Assembly: GCA_036172245.1 (NCBI GenBank) | Contig: JAYWIR010000037.1 | Span: 1,302,001 to 1,366,000, forward strand | Origin: Raillietiella orientalis | Taxonomy: Eukaryota | Direction of reading: 5' to 3' | DNA: 64,000 bases | In this document: one piece after another, positions 36,600 to 51,200 of the stretch | How positions within the stretch are numbered: the first letter of the stretch is position 1 | Layout: every line of letters begins with the position of its first letter | Program-made: the position numbers and the translations under genes | The notes under the pieces: model-generated | The model's input: the letters and a program-made list of their open reading frames with translations, nothing else | Told to the model about the DNA's origin: nothing | Databases searched by the model: none

Positions 36600-37750
36600 G
36601 GTTTAAGTGACTTACTCTGAGTAAGGTTGGTCATATCATAAGGAAAACTTCTGAGATGTTCATCGGAAACTTCGATGCTAATGCTGCTTGCGATGCTTGG
36701 AGAAGCTCTGCAAAAATATGGAGCTGGTGCGTCACCTTTTCCTATCTCCTATGAGCGTTGACGGGGAAACGAATTTCGCTCGCGCCGAAGGATCCGTCAG
36801 TGGTGCTACACCCCATGGGCATCACCGCCGACATGCAGAAAGACGCAATAGGGTCCGAACAATGGAAGGATAGAACTCTCCGTACGATCTGCCTGGAAGA
36901 GATCCTCTGGTGCTTTTTGGTTGGTGCTGCGCATGAGCTGCTCGCAACACGTGAAGTTTCCAGTGCTCTCTTTCGAGCCTTCCTTTTCAAGAAGGCGAAA
37001 GGCAAGGTCTCTTGCTACCAGGCCGGAGCTTCAGGAGGGCTCTCGATCTGAACCAATCCTGCTCCTCTTCCCCACTTCACCCCCCCAGAAAACACTCCTC
37101 GATTTTAGTGTCGGGATTTGCAGAATGTGTTTTTCCTGATAGCAGCAAATGAAGCAAATGGAGCCAGTTGGCCCAGTCTGCACCTTCCCGCCGTCGCCAT
37201 AGACAGGAACGCCTTGCATCTCCCACCGTATGTGCATCAACAGCAAGAATGGACCCTGCAGGCACGTGCAAAGGCTGTTTTCAGCTCACAAGTCCCTTTT
37301 GATGAGACTGTGCTGATTCTTTGCATTTGCTGCAAGAGCACCAAGTCGAACCACACGAGCCTTAGCTCGAAGGGCTGCATGTACGGACAACCAGGTCGAA
37401 GGGCTGCATGTACGGGACAACCTTCTCTCCAGCCAGTGTTTCAGGCGCAGGCTCTATTCAACCTTTTCCTCCGACTCAGCGTGGCGTTCAACTCACTCGA
37501 GAGCAAGTTGATCAATTGAGCGGCGCGAGTACCGGGTCCCTGGCTTCTTCAGCCAGCTCGAAGACTTTCCAAAAGCACAAAACTGCGGCGTACCCTTGAG
37601 GAAACTTCCGCGGCTTCGCCGTCGATGCGGGCACGTGTAAGATGGCTGCCATATCGGTCTCTGACAAGCATGCTCTCTGGTCAACCCGCCGACCACCTTG
37701 AGAAAGCACTAGAGAATCCCTTCCAGCCAGACAGTGCGAACAGTGATGCT
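36600..37750 (+). mobile_element. L1/Tx1-like endonuclease-to-RT-start remnant
   Basis: FIGNFDAN...DAWRSS..IWSW, GSEQWKDRTL, KTLLDFSVG (matches RTVDFSVP at ~14445) and RWLPYRSLTS. Confidence 0.55.
37367..37422. repeat. Short tandem duplication (29-nt period)
   Basis: TCGAAGGGCTGCATGTACGGACAACC-AGG-TCGAAGGGCTGCATGTACGGGACAACC. Confidence 0.9.
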
Positions 37751-38849
37751 TGGAGCAGCATCGTAATCAGCCGTAGCATCGAAGTTTCTGGATGAAATGC
37801 AGGACTGGAATATCAGGCTGTGTGCTCCTCAAAGACCATCTGCGTTCTCGTTCAGGATGACGAGGAAGCGTATGGTTGGCTTTATATGCCATCAGAAATA
37901 ATTTCTAAGGACATAGAGAAAGATTCTGTAGAATTATATATGATCAATTAAGAAGATTATGAAATTTCATTTATTGGAGAATCAGTAGTCATTTCATATC
38001 TTTTAACACACGCACAAAAAAATGGCAGCTCTGCAATCAGCATTTGGGAAGTGTTTGTGATTTAATATGAACCTCACAATGCGGACAAGTTAATTTTTGC
38101 ACGTCATATTTATTTCCTGTGAACAAACCAGGACAGCGTTTTGCTAAAATACCAAGTTCATGGATCTTTCTCGTCGCAGCTGAGAATTCCATCGCGAATT
38201 CTTCAGTTTGAATTTTCTGCTTTCACACTGTTTCGTGAATTTCCTGTGAAGTCTGGGAATGGAGAGTTTGTGTCTCTACAATCCCGTCAATCACCTGCGT
38301 ACAGAAACCGATGCAAGAGTCTGCTTTAATGGATCTGAAATACTACGAAAGTGCATATGAACTTTGCGAATATGTTTCAATTCCGATCTGGAGAAGATTA
38401 GTTAACTGTTATCCTTAACTCATAGGGTTTCAAGTGCCTTGCATCATTTCGATTTCCGAGATGCATACTCCACACACCACAAAGTGAAAAGGCAAATGGA
38501 ACAGACAGCTCTACGCAGAACATGGAAGCTGGCTTTGCAATCTCATTTTCTATGGTCTTATGCACTCTATTCAGCTCAAGGAGTCACGTGATAAAAATGC
38601 CATTGCAAGCAGTATGTAACGACAATTAGGAATCTTTCGCATTGAAAATCAAGGTGAACTGCAAATCTCCAATCATTTCTTACTGTCCTGCATTCAGCAT
38701 TCCATGAAGGTGAAAGTAATCTTTTGAATGTTAATGAACGATGATGATCCGAATGCTTTAATTAGTCAGAACAAACAAGCTGCTGCTCGGCTCCCTTTTT
38801 TTTTTTTTTTATAAACAGGGTTGGAGATCCGCATCAGCAATTGCCGTCC

Positions 38850-40100
38850 CCACGTTCATTGCATGCTCTCGACTCTCTTGGATTTCTGGTCGCACTCCAA
38901 AACACATAGAAATCCTCAGCTAAAGATCATTGACTGAAATCTTCAGAATTTTGAAATTTTTCTTTTAATGATTGCGTTGCCACGTCATTCCAACTGATGC
39001 TCTGCTCAATGTATTTTGATCTTTGCAGTGCTGAATTTCAATGCATACATCCATCATAAAATCAAATCAACACAAATGACTTTTCTCTGAGATGGATGAT
39101 GATATTTCCCATATTCTGCTTTATTTTCCGCTCTTGGCCCCATTCTGAGTGAGCATCCATCCCGAGAACAGCACCTTTGCTCCACGCAGAGTGGAAAGCA
39201 GCACAAATAAATTTCAGGACCAAAGACTGGAAGCTATCTCTGTCTATGGGAAGCATTTCTTATTGGAATTCAGCTTCCTAGAGAAGTTAATAAGCCTCTG
39301 CACCCCTCTCGTGCTACGCTTTCTCCAATCCAATAATTATGGTTCTCTGGATCTCTATAGCATCTCATTGAACGTATTATTCATTCATCTCCTTTCACCA
39401 CGATATTTCGATCTCTTATTGCTGATCTTCTTTGAAGAAACCCTCATATTTCTCCGGATAAGATGCTCTTGACAACGTGCTTTCAACTATTGCTAAATGA
39501 AACTAAGTTGTCCCTTTTCCTATTTATTCAGTGCCCCCTTCAAAAACATCATCGACGCACTCGCCCCTGCAAATTCCGACAAAGTGGCACAAAAGTCCGA
39601 TTTTTGAATATCGCGTTTATTGTGCTTCCTTCTTACTATAATCTCTCATATCCATTCTGACTATCTTTCCTAATCCACCTTTCTGTATTCCCTCAATTCC
39701 TTGGAACACAGGTTAAACGTATTCGCCTCTCACTCCTGAACGCCTCACGCCCCGTAATTTTCCTACACAAGAAAATGAATCCTTTGAAAATCTTCCTCAT
39801 CTCTCGCATATCCATGTGTTCTGTTTTTTCTGCTTTTACTCTTAATGCCGGGAAAGTCTCCTTTCTTACCGGTAGTTTCGATTGTAGACGGGTAGAACAA
39901 AACAGCTCAACTGCAATCACATTGGTTTCTTCCCGTGATCCTGAATGATTCCCTAAACGAAATTGCACGGGCATTGATCCATGGGATGAAAGTGCTCTGC
40001 ATATCTGGTCCATCATTCAGGAGAGAGCACTGGCATCTCGAATGCAGGATCCCCCCCAACTGGGACGATGCTCTGACCATCCTGTTTTCCTCATCTTGTG
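38850..40100 (-). mobile_element. BEL/Pao RT region remnant
   Basis: PALRVKAEK...DMREMRKIFKGF (cf. LLRFR...DI.KMF.QI), ECVDDVFEGG (~39555; cf. YVDD.L.G) and DSFQSLVLKF (cf. FDPLG). Confidence 0.45.
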
Positions 40101-42399
40101 CGTTCCCTTGGCTTCTGCTGTTTTGGAAAGTGAACTAAAGGTCCCGGTCGGTCCAAAGTGACCTAACTGTATTTCTGCTTAGGGAAATTCTAAAAGAAAC
40201 TCAAGAGCAGAAAACAAAGATCTTTTGAATTTTATGCTTCTTTTGGTGCAAGTATTTTTTGCTTTCTTTTTTTTAGAATCCTTTGGGACGTGTCCTGTCT
40301 CGATGCTGCTGGCGGCGTTAGTTTCCCTTCGCACGCCAGCATTTGCTTTTCTGTTTTCAGACACATTGCCCACGTCCCTATGATTCCATTTTAGCATCAG
40401 CCCCTTTTCACGAATTTCTGAATCCTAAGTGTTCTTTTCATTTGAATGTTTCCATATTTGCCTCCATATCAGCGTCTTCTCTCCTACTCCTTAGAATCTT
40501 GAAATCTCCTCAAGATCTAAAATCGTTCAGCGAACTGCAGTTGTCTTCGCTTGCGAGAAAACAAAGTTCTCCTACTTTGAATAGAATAATGGATGAATGG
40601 AATTTTGCATCTTACATTAGTCACGCAAGTCATCATTTCCGATCATTTTCAATAAATACACCAAAAGAATAGTGTAAATTAACTCATCCATCTCCGCTAG
40701 GAAATCCTCTCGTCACCATGGCAGACTCGGTGCGGTTTCGGTTCCTAAACCTCTATGTTACATTTCGTGGGACTGAATATTTTGAACTCCGGACATATAA
40801 CAAGATCTGTAGATTTCTTTCCTTAGAAATTCTGCTTTGTTTGCTGCATCTAACGCATGTGGCCCCCGAAAAACAAGGAAGATTTCATTTTCACTCCGGA
40901 AAAAAGCTATGGATCAGCCATTCACAGACCCGAATCCATCACGAACAGATAAAATTAATGGTTTGAAACTAACTAACCATCTGTTTCTATTTTTTGATAT
41001 ACTTCTAATCGAAAAGCAGTTCTGCAGCTTCTATGTCATCGGTCATTTTTGCAAAACAGATTTCATTCTGGTACTGAAGGTCTTCTCTGGCTGGAAAGTC
41101 CGAGATCAGAAGGCAAGGCAAATGAGAAGCTGCGAGCGAGCAAAAAGACTGGGATCATTTTTATGAAGTTTCTTATCAACTGATTGCTTTCATCCCCATT
41201 CTTTGAAGTTCAGCGTAGATACAAAGAGGAAACTTTGACATTTGGCAACTTCAACACCGAAGTAATGGATTTCAGCTGGTCCTTTTGGCGAATCGAAAGA
41301 TACTTCCAACACGTTGCATATACTTGAAACCCATGTAATATTTCAGCAAGCGTGTACAATTATAAATTATAGGCGTATACTCTGCAAGACAGCATACTGC
41401 CGATAACCTAGATAAGACAAAAAGGCAAAGCAAAACTTGAGCTGATCTTTAAACTCTACAAAACAGTGTTCATCTTGTTGTTCATCTTGAAGAGCCACAA
41501 AGGGTGAGGTGGCGCAAGCTCAACCTTTCAATTTGAATTGAAAGAGTGAGATGAGATGATTTCGAATTGGTTGTTTTTCATTGAGAAACCGTTCTTACGA
41601 AAACTGTGTTTAGATGCCAAAAAAAAAAAAAAGTGTAGTTTTCTCTTCGCGTCGATAGATTATGTGATTAATGCTAAAGAGGAAGCATTTTCTCTTCCGT
41701 TCTCCTCTTCCATTCCTTATGGTTGAATTCTGAGATTAGCAATGGACACAAAGTCTGCAAGTCATAGAGGATCAAATGTGAAAGCCCTTCGTACATTTTG
41801 AAAAATCAGTGCTGGATATTAGATGTCTAAATCAGGGTAAAAGTTGCTGTCAAGTTGCTGCCATTGGACTGACAGAAAAAAGGGACTCTTAGAACCAAAG
41901 AGAGCAAGAAAATGTGAGCGCATCAAAATTATGCTATTCAAGTGTTAAGACTGATAGTACAGATAGCACTCGCTGTGCACATGATAAGAATGTGATTCAG
42001 TGGTAAAGAGTACTGAAGTGCTAAACTACTCTGTAAGGAGTTTCAGGGTTGACGTAGAATAACAAATGGTGAAAATCAACTGCCGAGGGATTTTTCTGGA
42101 TAAACAAAAACATCACATGTATGTTTTTGAAAAGGTGTTCATTTGTATTCCAAAGTCAGAGCAAGGCGTTTGCGTTCTATTAGATCGATGTGTAAGAAGT
42201 CAGCTTGTAATGGTTTAATGGTCAGAATGGAACCAGCGGACCACTGAAAATGTTTTGCGTCCGTCGTTTCCGTCAATAAAGAAATGCAAAAAACACAAAA
42301 GTATTCAGTGATCAATCAATTATTGATCAATAAAAATTAATGATTCCTCCGTTCATGATGTGTTTCAGAAAATTCTAGTGTTAGTCGAAGCCTTGAGAT

Positions 42400-43345
42400 C
42401 CGTCTCTTTAGTCTCGAGATCTATTTATCCTTGGATTTGAAAATTTCACCATCACAAAGAATGACAGGGAGTATCTAGGCAGCGACATCGCTGCAGAATG
42501 GGAGGTTACCATTAAGAGCTCTAGTGCGGAGCGAAAGATAGGGGAATGGAGAACGGGCCAGCTCACGAACGCTGCGACTCCGAGTACCACCCCACACGGA
42601 CTCTTGCGCTGGGACGAGCTACTGGATGTTCCGGAGGAACATCTCAAGTGGCCCCCGATGCTCATGGACTCTCGCATCCTCCCCATGAAGTGGCAACAGT
42701 CGGCACTGCTGGTGTTGCATTGGGGCCTCCCATGCAACGCCCGCCGACATCACTGGACGCGGGGGGGTGTCAACCCTAATTGTGTCAGGTGCGGGGAGAG
42801 GGAATATCTCCCCCACCTGTTAGTGGATTGTGTTGCCCTCCTGCTCCTGTGGAAACGCTTTGCCGCGGCCCTGGGAATCCTCGGAGGCAACCCCAGAGAC
42901 GCTTTACGACCCCTCTTCGTCCGTGACGTCCTGTCGCCAGTGACCTCTCTTGTTGCCTACGCGGGATCGTCGTGGCGTGGAGCAAAGCGACGAGAGGATC
43001 CAGAGACAGGGATGCCACCGTATACGCCGCCCGCTTCCTGAGGATGGCGACGCGATGGCCCCATCTGGAACCACATACTCAGCAACAACTTGCCGGCATC
43101 CTCCAGAGGATGATGGACCCTCCCAGCAGACAGTGATCCCTTCCCGTTCCCTCCCCATTTTTGTTTTGTTTTTTGTTTTCTTTTTGTTTCGTGCCCCCTC
43201 CCCTCTGCTGCCGAGGTCGACCGCTCCGGTCTGCGCACTGAGGACCCAGCATGCTGCCAATTTCTAGGGCGTGGCTGGACTACTGGTCCAGTCACTGGTT
43301 ATAAACAGGTTTGTTCGTAAGAATAAACATCCCGGCGCAACCGAG
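42400..43345 (+). mobile_element. 5'-truncated L1/Tx1-like LINE, best-preserved 3' end
   Basis: WDELLDVPEEHLKWPPMLMDSRILPMKWQQSALLVLHWGLPCNARRHHWTRGGVNPNCVRCGEREYLPHLLVDC and RWPHL. The UTR starts TGATCCCTTCCC, has a hairpin at 43271-43295, and AATAAA at 43322. Confidence 0.9.
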
Positions 43346-44311
43346 TTTCAAGCAAAGAATGGCAGATTCAAAGGACGAAGTGTTATGAAATCACTTTTGA
43401 TGACAAAATGCACACAGTTCACTTGTGATACCCGTGTTCTTGTGAGGATGCTGTTGAACGTAAGCTCTTCGTGCATTAGTGACAGTTTCACATTTCCGAG
43501 AACTGCTCTTAAATGACTCGCTTATGAACTACCGAAACATAGGAATGTCCCCGAATTTTGCTATAAAAGACTGAAGCTCCTGACGAGATGCTGAAACTGA
43601 AGATTCTGATGTTCATGATGGGCAAAACTTAGAGCGTAAGCTTTCAAAGTACTTGTAGTTCCTATGCCTACATCAGTACGCCATATTTTACAAATGATTT
43701 GGAAATTATTTTCCCATCGGGCATTCAGGGATTTTTTCAAAATGCAAAGCATCATCACTAATGTTTCTCAGCATCCTTAGTGACGTTTACCACTTTGGAA
43801 TTTTCAAAGTAATAGTGAATCACCTTACTTTTACTGTGCAAGCGGATGCTTGAGCACAGTAAAAGATGAATGACACTCTTTTTTTGCATATTTTCATTAT
43901 GTCTGTAGAATTCCCTAGGCCTCTAACCACTGTGAATTATTCGCTGTGAATCCTAAACAATTCATAGCAATTGTAATGGTTGCAGCCCAAAGCAAAGCAA
44001 TCCAAGTTTTTAGATCTATGGTGGATTGCATGAAGATCAGAACCAAAAACCCTTGAGACAGTTAAACAAAGAAAAGACGAAGCAGAGGAGATAAACTTTT
44101 CTCAAGTTTCGCTGTCTGTGCATGTGCACTGCCCATTGCAATTTTCTGATCAAAGCAACCCTTGCCTCTTTTTCGATCGGATCAAGAAGTGGTAGCTGAG
44201 CCATTATGTATCTAGACGTATCGAGGAGATTCCAAGCTGCTCAAAGAGCAAGTTATGGGACTGAAAACTTATAATGCTATCCGAACTTTCAGCAACTGCA
44301 AAAAAGAATAA

Positions 44312-44368
44312 AGAAAATATTACAAGGAAATATTACAAGAAAATAACAAAATATTACAAAATATTACA
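44312..44368. repeat. Short AAATATTACA-type tandem repeat
   Basis: Four AAATATTACA units plus one degenerate unit. Confidence 0.8.
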
Positions 44369-44799
44369 TGGCTGTCAGGTCCTTCAAACTAAAGAATAAA
44401 AGTGCTCTTTCATATGACTGGCACATGTTCATCATCGAAGCAGAAGTGGACACCTATTTTGTCTCACCTTTGTACTGCTTTAAACACTGAAAAAGATGGA
44501 AGGATTTCTTCACCAAAGCATAATTGTGATCCATATGAGGTTCCCCTCCGATGATGCCTCTGATGAGATCTTTCCTGTTCCCATGATCCAGATGCAACTT
44601 GATTAGAGGGTACTTCCTTTGAGCGAATGGATGCAATAACCAATTCGATAACATTTTTCAACTTTCAGGTGCTACACGCCTGTCTAAGGTAAGATCTCTT
44701 AGCCCCGCTACAACTCTAGTGTCACTCACCTCTTTCAGTCTGACGTATCCTCAGTGAGACTACACCTCCATGAGATAAATGCCCCCGTGAAGAGTAGCG

Positions 44800-45680
44800 A
44801 ACACCTTCAGAACGTACTTTTGGAACGAGGCGAATGCAGCAGGGATGCACGCGCACCTCAGGAATACTTCGGTTTCCCGAAGATACACCCCATAACTGAG
44901 GCTTGCTCACAACAATTTTCACCTCTTCGGGTTTTCCCACTTGACCCCCGTGGGCAATCTTATGAAGCGTCTGCTTCTGATCTTCGAAAGAGAAGAAGAG
45001 TGTGATACCATTCTGGGTGCCATTCGCAGTCTCTATCGCTTTGTTTTGAAGAGGGACGAAATGTCACCGAAGAGGTACGTCAAAGGGCACCTTCACTTGC
45101 AAGTTGTAGCTACATCGGCACACCACATGGCTCACGTGGCTCGAATGCGCATCTCCCAGCTCTTCGGGAACTACCACGAGGCCAGCTCCTACTTCCAGGT
45201 CTGCTGCTTTACAATGGCCGCGTCTCCTGAGAGGTCCACGACGTACTCACCACAGCATGCCTAGGGTAAGTGCTCGCAGGAAAACTGCTCACTCTCCCAT
45301 AGTGTGGTAAAGAATGGCAACGAGAGATGTCGAAGATGTCGTTCACAGAAGAAAAGAATGGAATCGTTCAAGAGATCTCACTCTTTTACAGTGTATATTC
45401 AGCATCAGGTTCTCAAAAAGCTTCGAAGTCCCTATCTGGTTTCCGAGTGGCTCAACCAATCCTACAGCATCCTTCAAATCTTTGTCTTGGAACCTATTCC
45501 ATGCAGAACAAGTCTAGCTAGATGCCGGGGTGGCACAACAAGGTTCATGTCAAGTGAAAGTTGCTAAGAGCTCAGTGAATGATCAGGAAATCAAGGTTCA
45601 GGTACTAGGAAAAAATACTGTGACTTGACAGCAACGCGGTACTTCCATCTTTCCGAATCTGCTCGTTTTCACTTTTGCGT
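44800..45680 (+). mobile_element. Ty1/copia RT-end and RNase H remnant
   Basis: TP...EEECDTILGAIRSLY, RYVKGHL...TSAHHM, PERSTTY and VNDQEIKV follow the copia order (IGSL.Y, P...HW, RRST.GY, G.I.L). Confidence 0.45.
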
Positions 45681-46599
45681 GTGATTCCCTAGCGGCAATC
45701 TTTTAACATTGCGAGTGGATGCGAACGTTGCTACTCTGTAGCGGACCGAGTTTCACACAGAAAGGGGGAATAGGAGAGGCATACTCCGTTTCCCACCTGC
45801 TCCTCCATTACTAGTAATTCCCTCATTTTCTGGAAACCTCCATCACCACCTTGCTGCACACTTCAGGATGAAAAACAAAAAAGACAGCAACAAAAACGCG
45901 CACACCCTGTTGAGGCCAGCTAACTCTGTTGCAATTTGTGCATATTTAGAAGAATCTGTATACGAACCCAACCAAATTATTAGCCACCAGCAATGTACTG
46001 GCGGCCTCGCCTAACCGAACTGTCCCTGATGTTTACATTTTTCATTCTCGAGTTCATTACAAATGAGAGGTATGCTTTGGCAATTTTCTATCCTGACTGG
46101 CTACTGGATTTTTGACAGTGTACATCACAAGAAGAGTGCATTTCATTTTTTTTCCCCTGAAAGATAGTTTGATTTAATAATTACGGGAATTGGATTTCTC
46201 TGAACTCAGTTTTTCATTTCCACTGATTTAATTCCGGTTTAAGTTTCCTGCACTCTGTCGAAATTCACCCAAACAGAGTCGTTATTCTTCAGTACACTTC
46301 AGAAAAAAAACGCAGGCAAATTGATTTGGGCTGTCTTTCGAGTTTCAAATCTCTTAAGGATAATTTTTGGATTCTACTTTTTGTTCTACTGAGTCAAAAT
46401 GCTGAGCTATGAAATGCTTCCAACGTGATCAACGAAACTAGCAAAAGACCCAATAATTGACTGATGCAGAAAATTCACGAAACTGAATCCATGAGAACTC
46501 AGATATTTGCATTATTTTTGATAAAAACTAAAAATTGCAAAAAATAAAACAGGAGCAAGAGCAAAATTAGAAATAGCGAAGAAAAGGAAACAAAAGAAT

Positions 46600-47100
46600 G
46601 GGTGATCATGAGTTGAGCATGTATTCATTCATTCCTCGTCTTCTTCCTCCTCGCAACTGGAAATCGAGGAGTTGCAAGTGAGAACACTGCCATGACAAGC
46701 CCGTAAAAATGCTATCTGAATGGACCACGAGATGACTGACAGCAAATTCTTCAGCAAAGACGTGAGAATTGCACTGCTTCTGCGAGGGAACCTCACAACG
46801 TCTCAAATCCCCGATCTCTGTGCCAGAAAATCCATATTTTTCATCTGTACCCAAGAGACTGGAGTCACAGTGCTCTCCAAGACACAGCTTTCCTGAAGGA
46901 GGATCTATGAGATCAGCCCAGTAACGTAGCCCAGTATCCCTTGACTGCAAGAACTTCTTGCAGTGTCTATAACCGAACAAATTCTTTTTGTTAATTACTC
47001 AGTTTGTTCAGTCTTTTTGGATTTCCTCTCAATCTTTTTTTTATGAATCACTCGGTTCATTTGCAGCAACAGTAATCTCCTCTTCATTGTGGAAGTAGGA
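46600..47100 (-). mobile_element. Possible hAT transposase remnant
   Basis: GEHCDSSLLGTDEKYGF...WQCSHLQLL resembles HT.E.I...L..W.I...C.AH.LNL. Confidence 0.3.
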
Positions 47101-48399
47101 TGAAGATACATAGATACACAGAGGGAAACTCTGCCAGTGATATGTGTACGCTTGAAGTGTTCATGTTGGCATGGAATGATAGGTTAAATGCTTTGCGTTT
47201 GTATAGAATACAGTTCGAGAGAAGTAAAATTAAATTGAAGGCTACACCGATATTTTGCTTTTTCTATACAAGTAGTCTCACTCTATTTTTTTATCTACAC
47301 TGTTGCCCCTGACTTGCTTATCTTTCTGTTGGACCTTAAATAACTGGGACCTGCATCCGATTAAACTAGCAAAATCGACCTCTTGTCAATTTCTTCTTTT
47401 GAGGTCACTTGTGCTTCTGCTTTCTGCTGAAGAAACTCACTTTCCGTTCATCTGGATTTCTTGAAGTCAACATTCGAGTGTGACTCCCATTTCGCTCAGC
47501 ATTCCTGTAAATTGATCAGAAAAAAATCCGCCGAATTACGAAACGACTCCATACTTATCTTGCGGTTTCATTTTTACTGTTTACCCGAATACTTGAATAT
47601 ACCTTTGCAGGTTTCGAAGAGCCATTGGTCAAAGAAGGCAGCAACATTTTCAATAGTTGATAAGATTAGAATTTAATGGCCAATGCTTTTAGAAATAATT
47701 GCATTCTAAGGAAGATTAAAAACTGTTTCTGACCTCGGACTTTTTCAAAAGGCCCTCGCGATTTTTCAATTGCTGAGCAACACCGACAGATTCTTCCGCT
47801 GTTGACAAATCAGTTCGCGTTTCCCAATGCTGATCTCTTGCGGTTATCGATATAAAGAGTCTTCTTTTTCTTTTTCAACGCTCATTACTACAAGCCCATT
47901 CATACTTCCGTAAACTACAGGAGTCTGTTTTTCTGTTTTGCTTATCATTAAGTTCCCCACCGCAACAGTGGCTCCGACCTTAGATGCAATGAAATGCAGC
48001 ATCAGAATTCCGATGGTTTGAAAAACACAGCTTCGTTCAAGAAGGTTTCATCGAAGAAAGTGTAAGATGAGCACAAAGGAGAAAAATAAGCTTGCGTAAG
48101 CAAGGGTCTCACGTGGAGAAAAGAGAAGCTGCTAGCATGGAGCTCAGGGGGTGAAGCCGAAGAGAGAATTCAGCAAAAGAAGGCCAGCAGTTTCCCAGAA
48201 TCTGAGATCAATGTCTGAGGAGATGCGCTGCCAAGTTATTGCATTCTTCTGGAGGTAATGTAAAAATTTCAAGATCTGCTCAATCTGTTGGGGAGCAGAG
48301 ATCGAGAACAGCAAACTCAGCTATCAGTTTTCATTGTGCCTTGTTCGTGACAGAATAAATATGAATGAGCTGTTCCTCAAAGAAACGAAACCGTGCGAC

Positions 48400-51200
48400 T
48401 AATAAATATGCTCCATTTCTAAGTAACAGGAAATCAATAATACTCCAGCTGGTGAAGGACGAAGAGCATCGGAAGAAGAGTAGGGATCACAATGCATCTG
48501 CAGAAATCGGCATCCGAAAGTGAGTCTGAAAGAGAGCAGAGATGCTTTTGGCCGGAGATTGGAAACGACACTGAGAACGTGAATGCAGGCGGAACACCGA
48601 TGGCGGCGAGGCAGAGTCTTATGGAAGTGGGAATTTCGATTCGAGAGTCAATGCAAAATGGTCTCGTCTGACTTTCTCTGTTCTCAAAGCTACAGTCGGT
48701 TCAGGTGATCTCCCTTCTTTACTTGAGGATTACAATAAGAGCACTTGCTGAGGAAATTTTGGCAAAAGAAAGCAGAATGAACTCATTCTGGTGATCGCAA
48801 AAAATTAATGAAGGAGCTGAGCTGGATATGACCGCTTAAAGAGAAAACGTCCAGGGAGAAACTGCGGATGAGAAGAAGAGAAAGGAAGAAAAACGAATGC
48901 GCTGCTGATAGGTACTGAAAGAACTCTATAAAAACCAGTGGAATGCATGAGATCTTGGAGTAATCATTGAATAAGTTCCTAAGTCCCCAGCTGATGAGTT
49001 GCAGAAGTGAAGCAGCTGAGCAAAAAGTGCACAGCGAGCCTTGAAAATGTTGAAGCTGTAGAGATGCATTTCGATCCATCACTTCCAGAGGAAAAACGAT
49101 TTCTAGGAATCACGAGGGTTGCTCCAGTTATTCGAATGGTCCATTTCTTGAGGCGGTAGCCTTGGAAATTCATCCGGCTGTATACGAGACCTCCATTGCA
49201 TTCAGAGCCGGGTTAGTAGCTTCCACTGCGGTGTTAAAAATTAATGAAGATTAAAAAGTATTGTCTGCTTTAAAAGCTGTGCAGAATTCATAGAAGCTGC
49301 TGGTTGGCGAACCTGCCGCTCAGAATATCCAGCTCCCTTGTGACTTTGAGTGAGAATGAAATTAATGTCTAGAAACCCACCAAAATAAACCAAACAGAAT
49401 TCCTGGCAAGAAAGAAAAGTTGAGCCTTACTTTCCTATCAAACGACATTTCCTTCAATGGAGTTTTTCGGGAAACGATGGTGATGTCATCCGAGATATGT
49501 CTTGCCAACACTGCATTTTTGCCTCGATCCTTCAGCCCGATGCTGGAAATCAAGTACCACATACCGACATTCTTCGTCTTCTCGTACAGTTGGCTGTTGG
49601 GGCCGACCAGCACAGGAAACAGAAGCCATTCGATTGAGGAAGATATCATGAAGCTGACAATAGATAATTTTTTCCCGATGAAAGTCACCTAGAGACCCAA
49701 AAAGAAAGCAAACTACCGAATCTTGAATAAATGATGAATAAATGAAAAAAAAAAAAAATTGCGTGTGCAATTAATTTGGGTATTGATATCTTGTCGTCCT
49801 GGATAAATGCAGTGATTCAATTATTCAAGTTGAGAACTATGTGACAGTTGTGAATAGAAACATTGCTGTCGCAAGATACTTTTGACTTTCATCAGAGAAA
49901 CATCGCTTCGGGAGTTGATTTCCAACCAAGAGTTCAAGAGTTTGTTTTTGTGAAATGCACAATTTCGATAAAAATTCAAATAAAAAAGGAAGAGACGGGA
50001 GCCATAAAAAATGGGCTGAGAATAGATATCCCCAAAAGGCTATCCGCAGGCTCATGGGAAAAAAAACCCTCAAAAAGATTCCCAAACTCGAGGATGCCCT
50101 TGTACCAGCTGGGGTTAAAATGAAAGAAAAAGTAATCGAAGCAGGGAAGACCTCAAAGAATTCGGAAACTCTTATAGTAAAGAGAAGCAGGAGAAGGATG
50201 ACTAATTGCATCCCCCATTAGCAAACTAAGAAAAGAATTGCTGGTGCTGTTGATCCCAGAATCCTTTTCACTTAAGAAAAAAGTGTAACTACCGTTACCG
50301 GAACCGATACCTTTGGACGAAGCAGTTGTTTTCTCGGCAGGTGCAGCTTCTTTCAACGGAGTTTATAGAGACGTGGAGGGACCTGTTTTTTATTTAACTC
50401 CTTGTTCTCAGTCTACGAAGAATTGAAAATATTCCATCAGTCATCTGTATCTTGAACAGAGATGAAATACTACTGACCACATAGATTGTTTGTTCTTCAA
50501 AAACGAGGCTTTAGTTGGTCATAAGAGACTGCGCGGTTTGTCCAACGTGAAAAGGACACAAAAGAACTGCAAGTACAGCGTGAATGATCAAGGATTTGCC
50601 AGCTGCATTATAAAAAGATGGTGATGCTTACTTATGAGACAACCGTTGTACTTTCAACCGCAGAGCTCATCTCCCTATGCATTTCAAGTACCTGACTACG
50701 ATAATTTTGCAGTTACGAACTCCTCGCAGTCACGAACGTTCCTGGTGATTTCACAGTCCTCCCACTTCCTTCCTAGTGGATTTTTAATCACAGTTAACAA
50801 ACGCATGTTGCGCCAATTTGTCTTCTAAGCTTCCCATATTCCCCACCGCGCTGTGAGTGGCATTGGTCCCTGGTGTTTGCAGTTGTCTGGATTCGCTGAG
50901 GTTGGCTAAGCGAAGTGAGTTGAAACTGGCGACTGGGAAGCCGAACAACGAAATGAAATGGACTTGTTCCAGTGCCTCGAGGATCATGAAAGCTGTCCAC
51001 AGCCCGCTCTTGCAGATTGCTCTTACCAACACGGAAGATTTCCGGAAATGATCCCCAGAGTTGAGAACGATCGCAAGACCTGTATGGGATTAGAGTTGGA
51101 TCCCGAACTGCCTCTTCACAATCCACGCCTTGGGACAATGTCGCGACGGACCTGTCCCAAAGTGATCCTCACTTCGGCAGGGCGCAACGTGTGAGCGGGC
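48400..51200 (+). mobile_element. BEL/Pao element: gag remnant plus integrase to 3' end, RT/RNase H apparently deleted
   Basis: ASFNGVYRDVEGPVF (~50350; cf. PF..VG.D..GP), LYFQPQSSSPY (cf. W.F.P..SP), LPSGFLI (cf. LTP.HFL), NEMKWT (cf. R.KW) and terminal SAGRNV. Upstream GDLPSLLEDYNK is gag-like. Confidence 0.55.

Noticed and set aside
44400..44750. Second copia RNase H relic on the minus strand
   Set aside because: Resemblance is too weak to support by eye.
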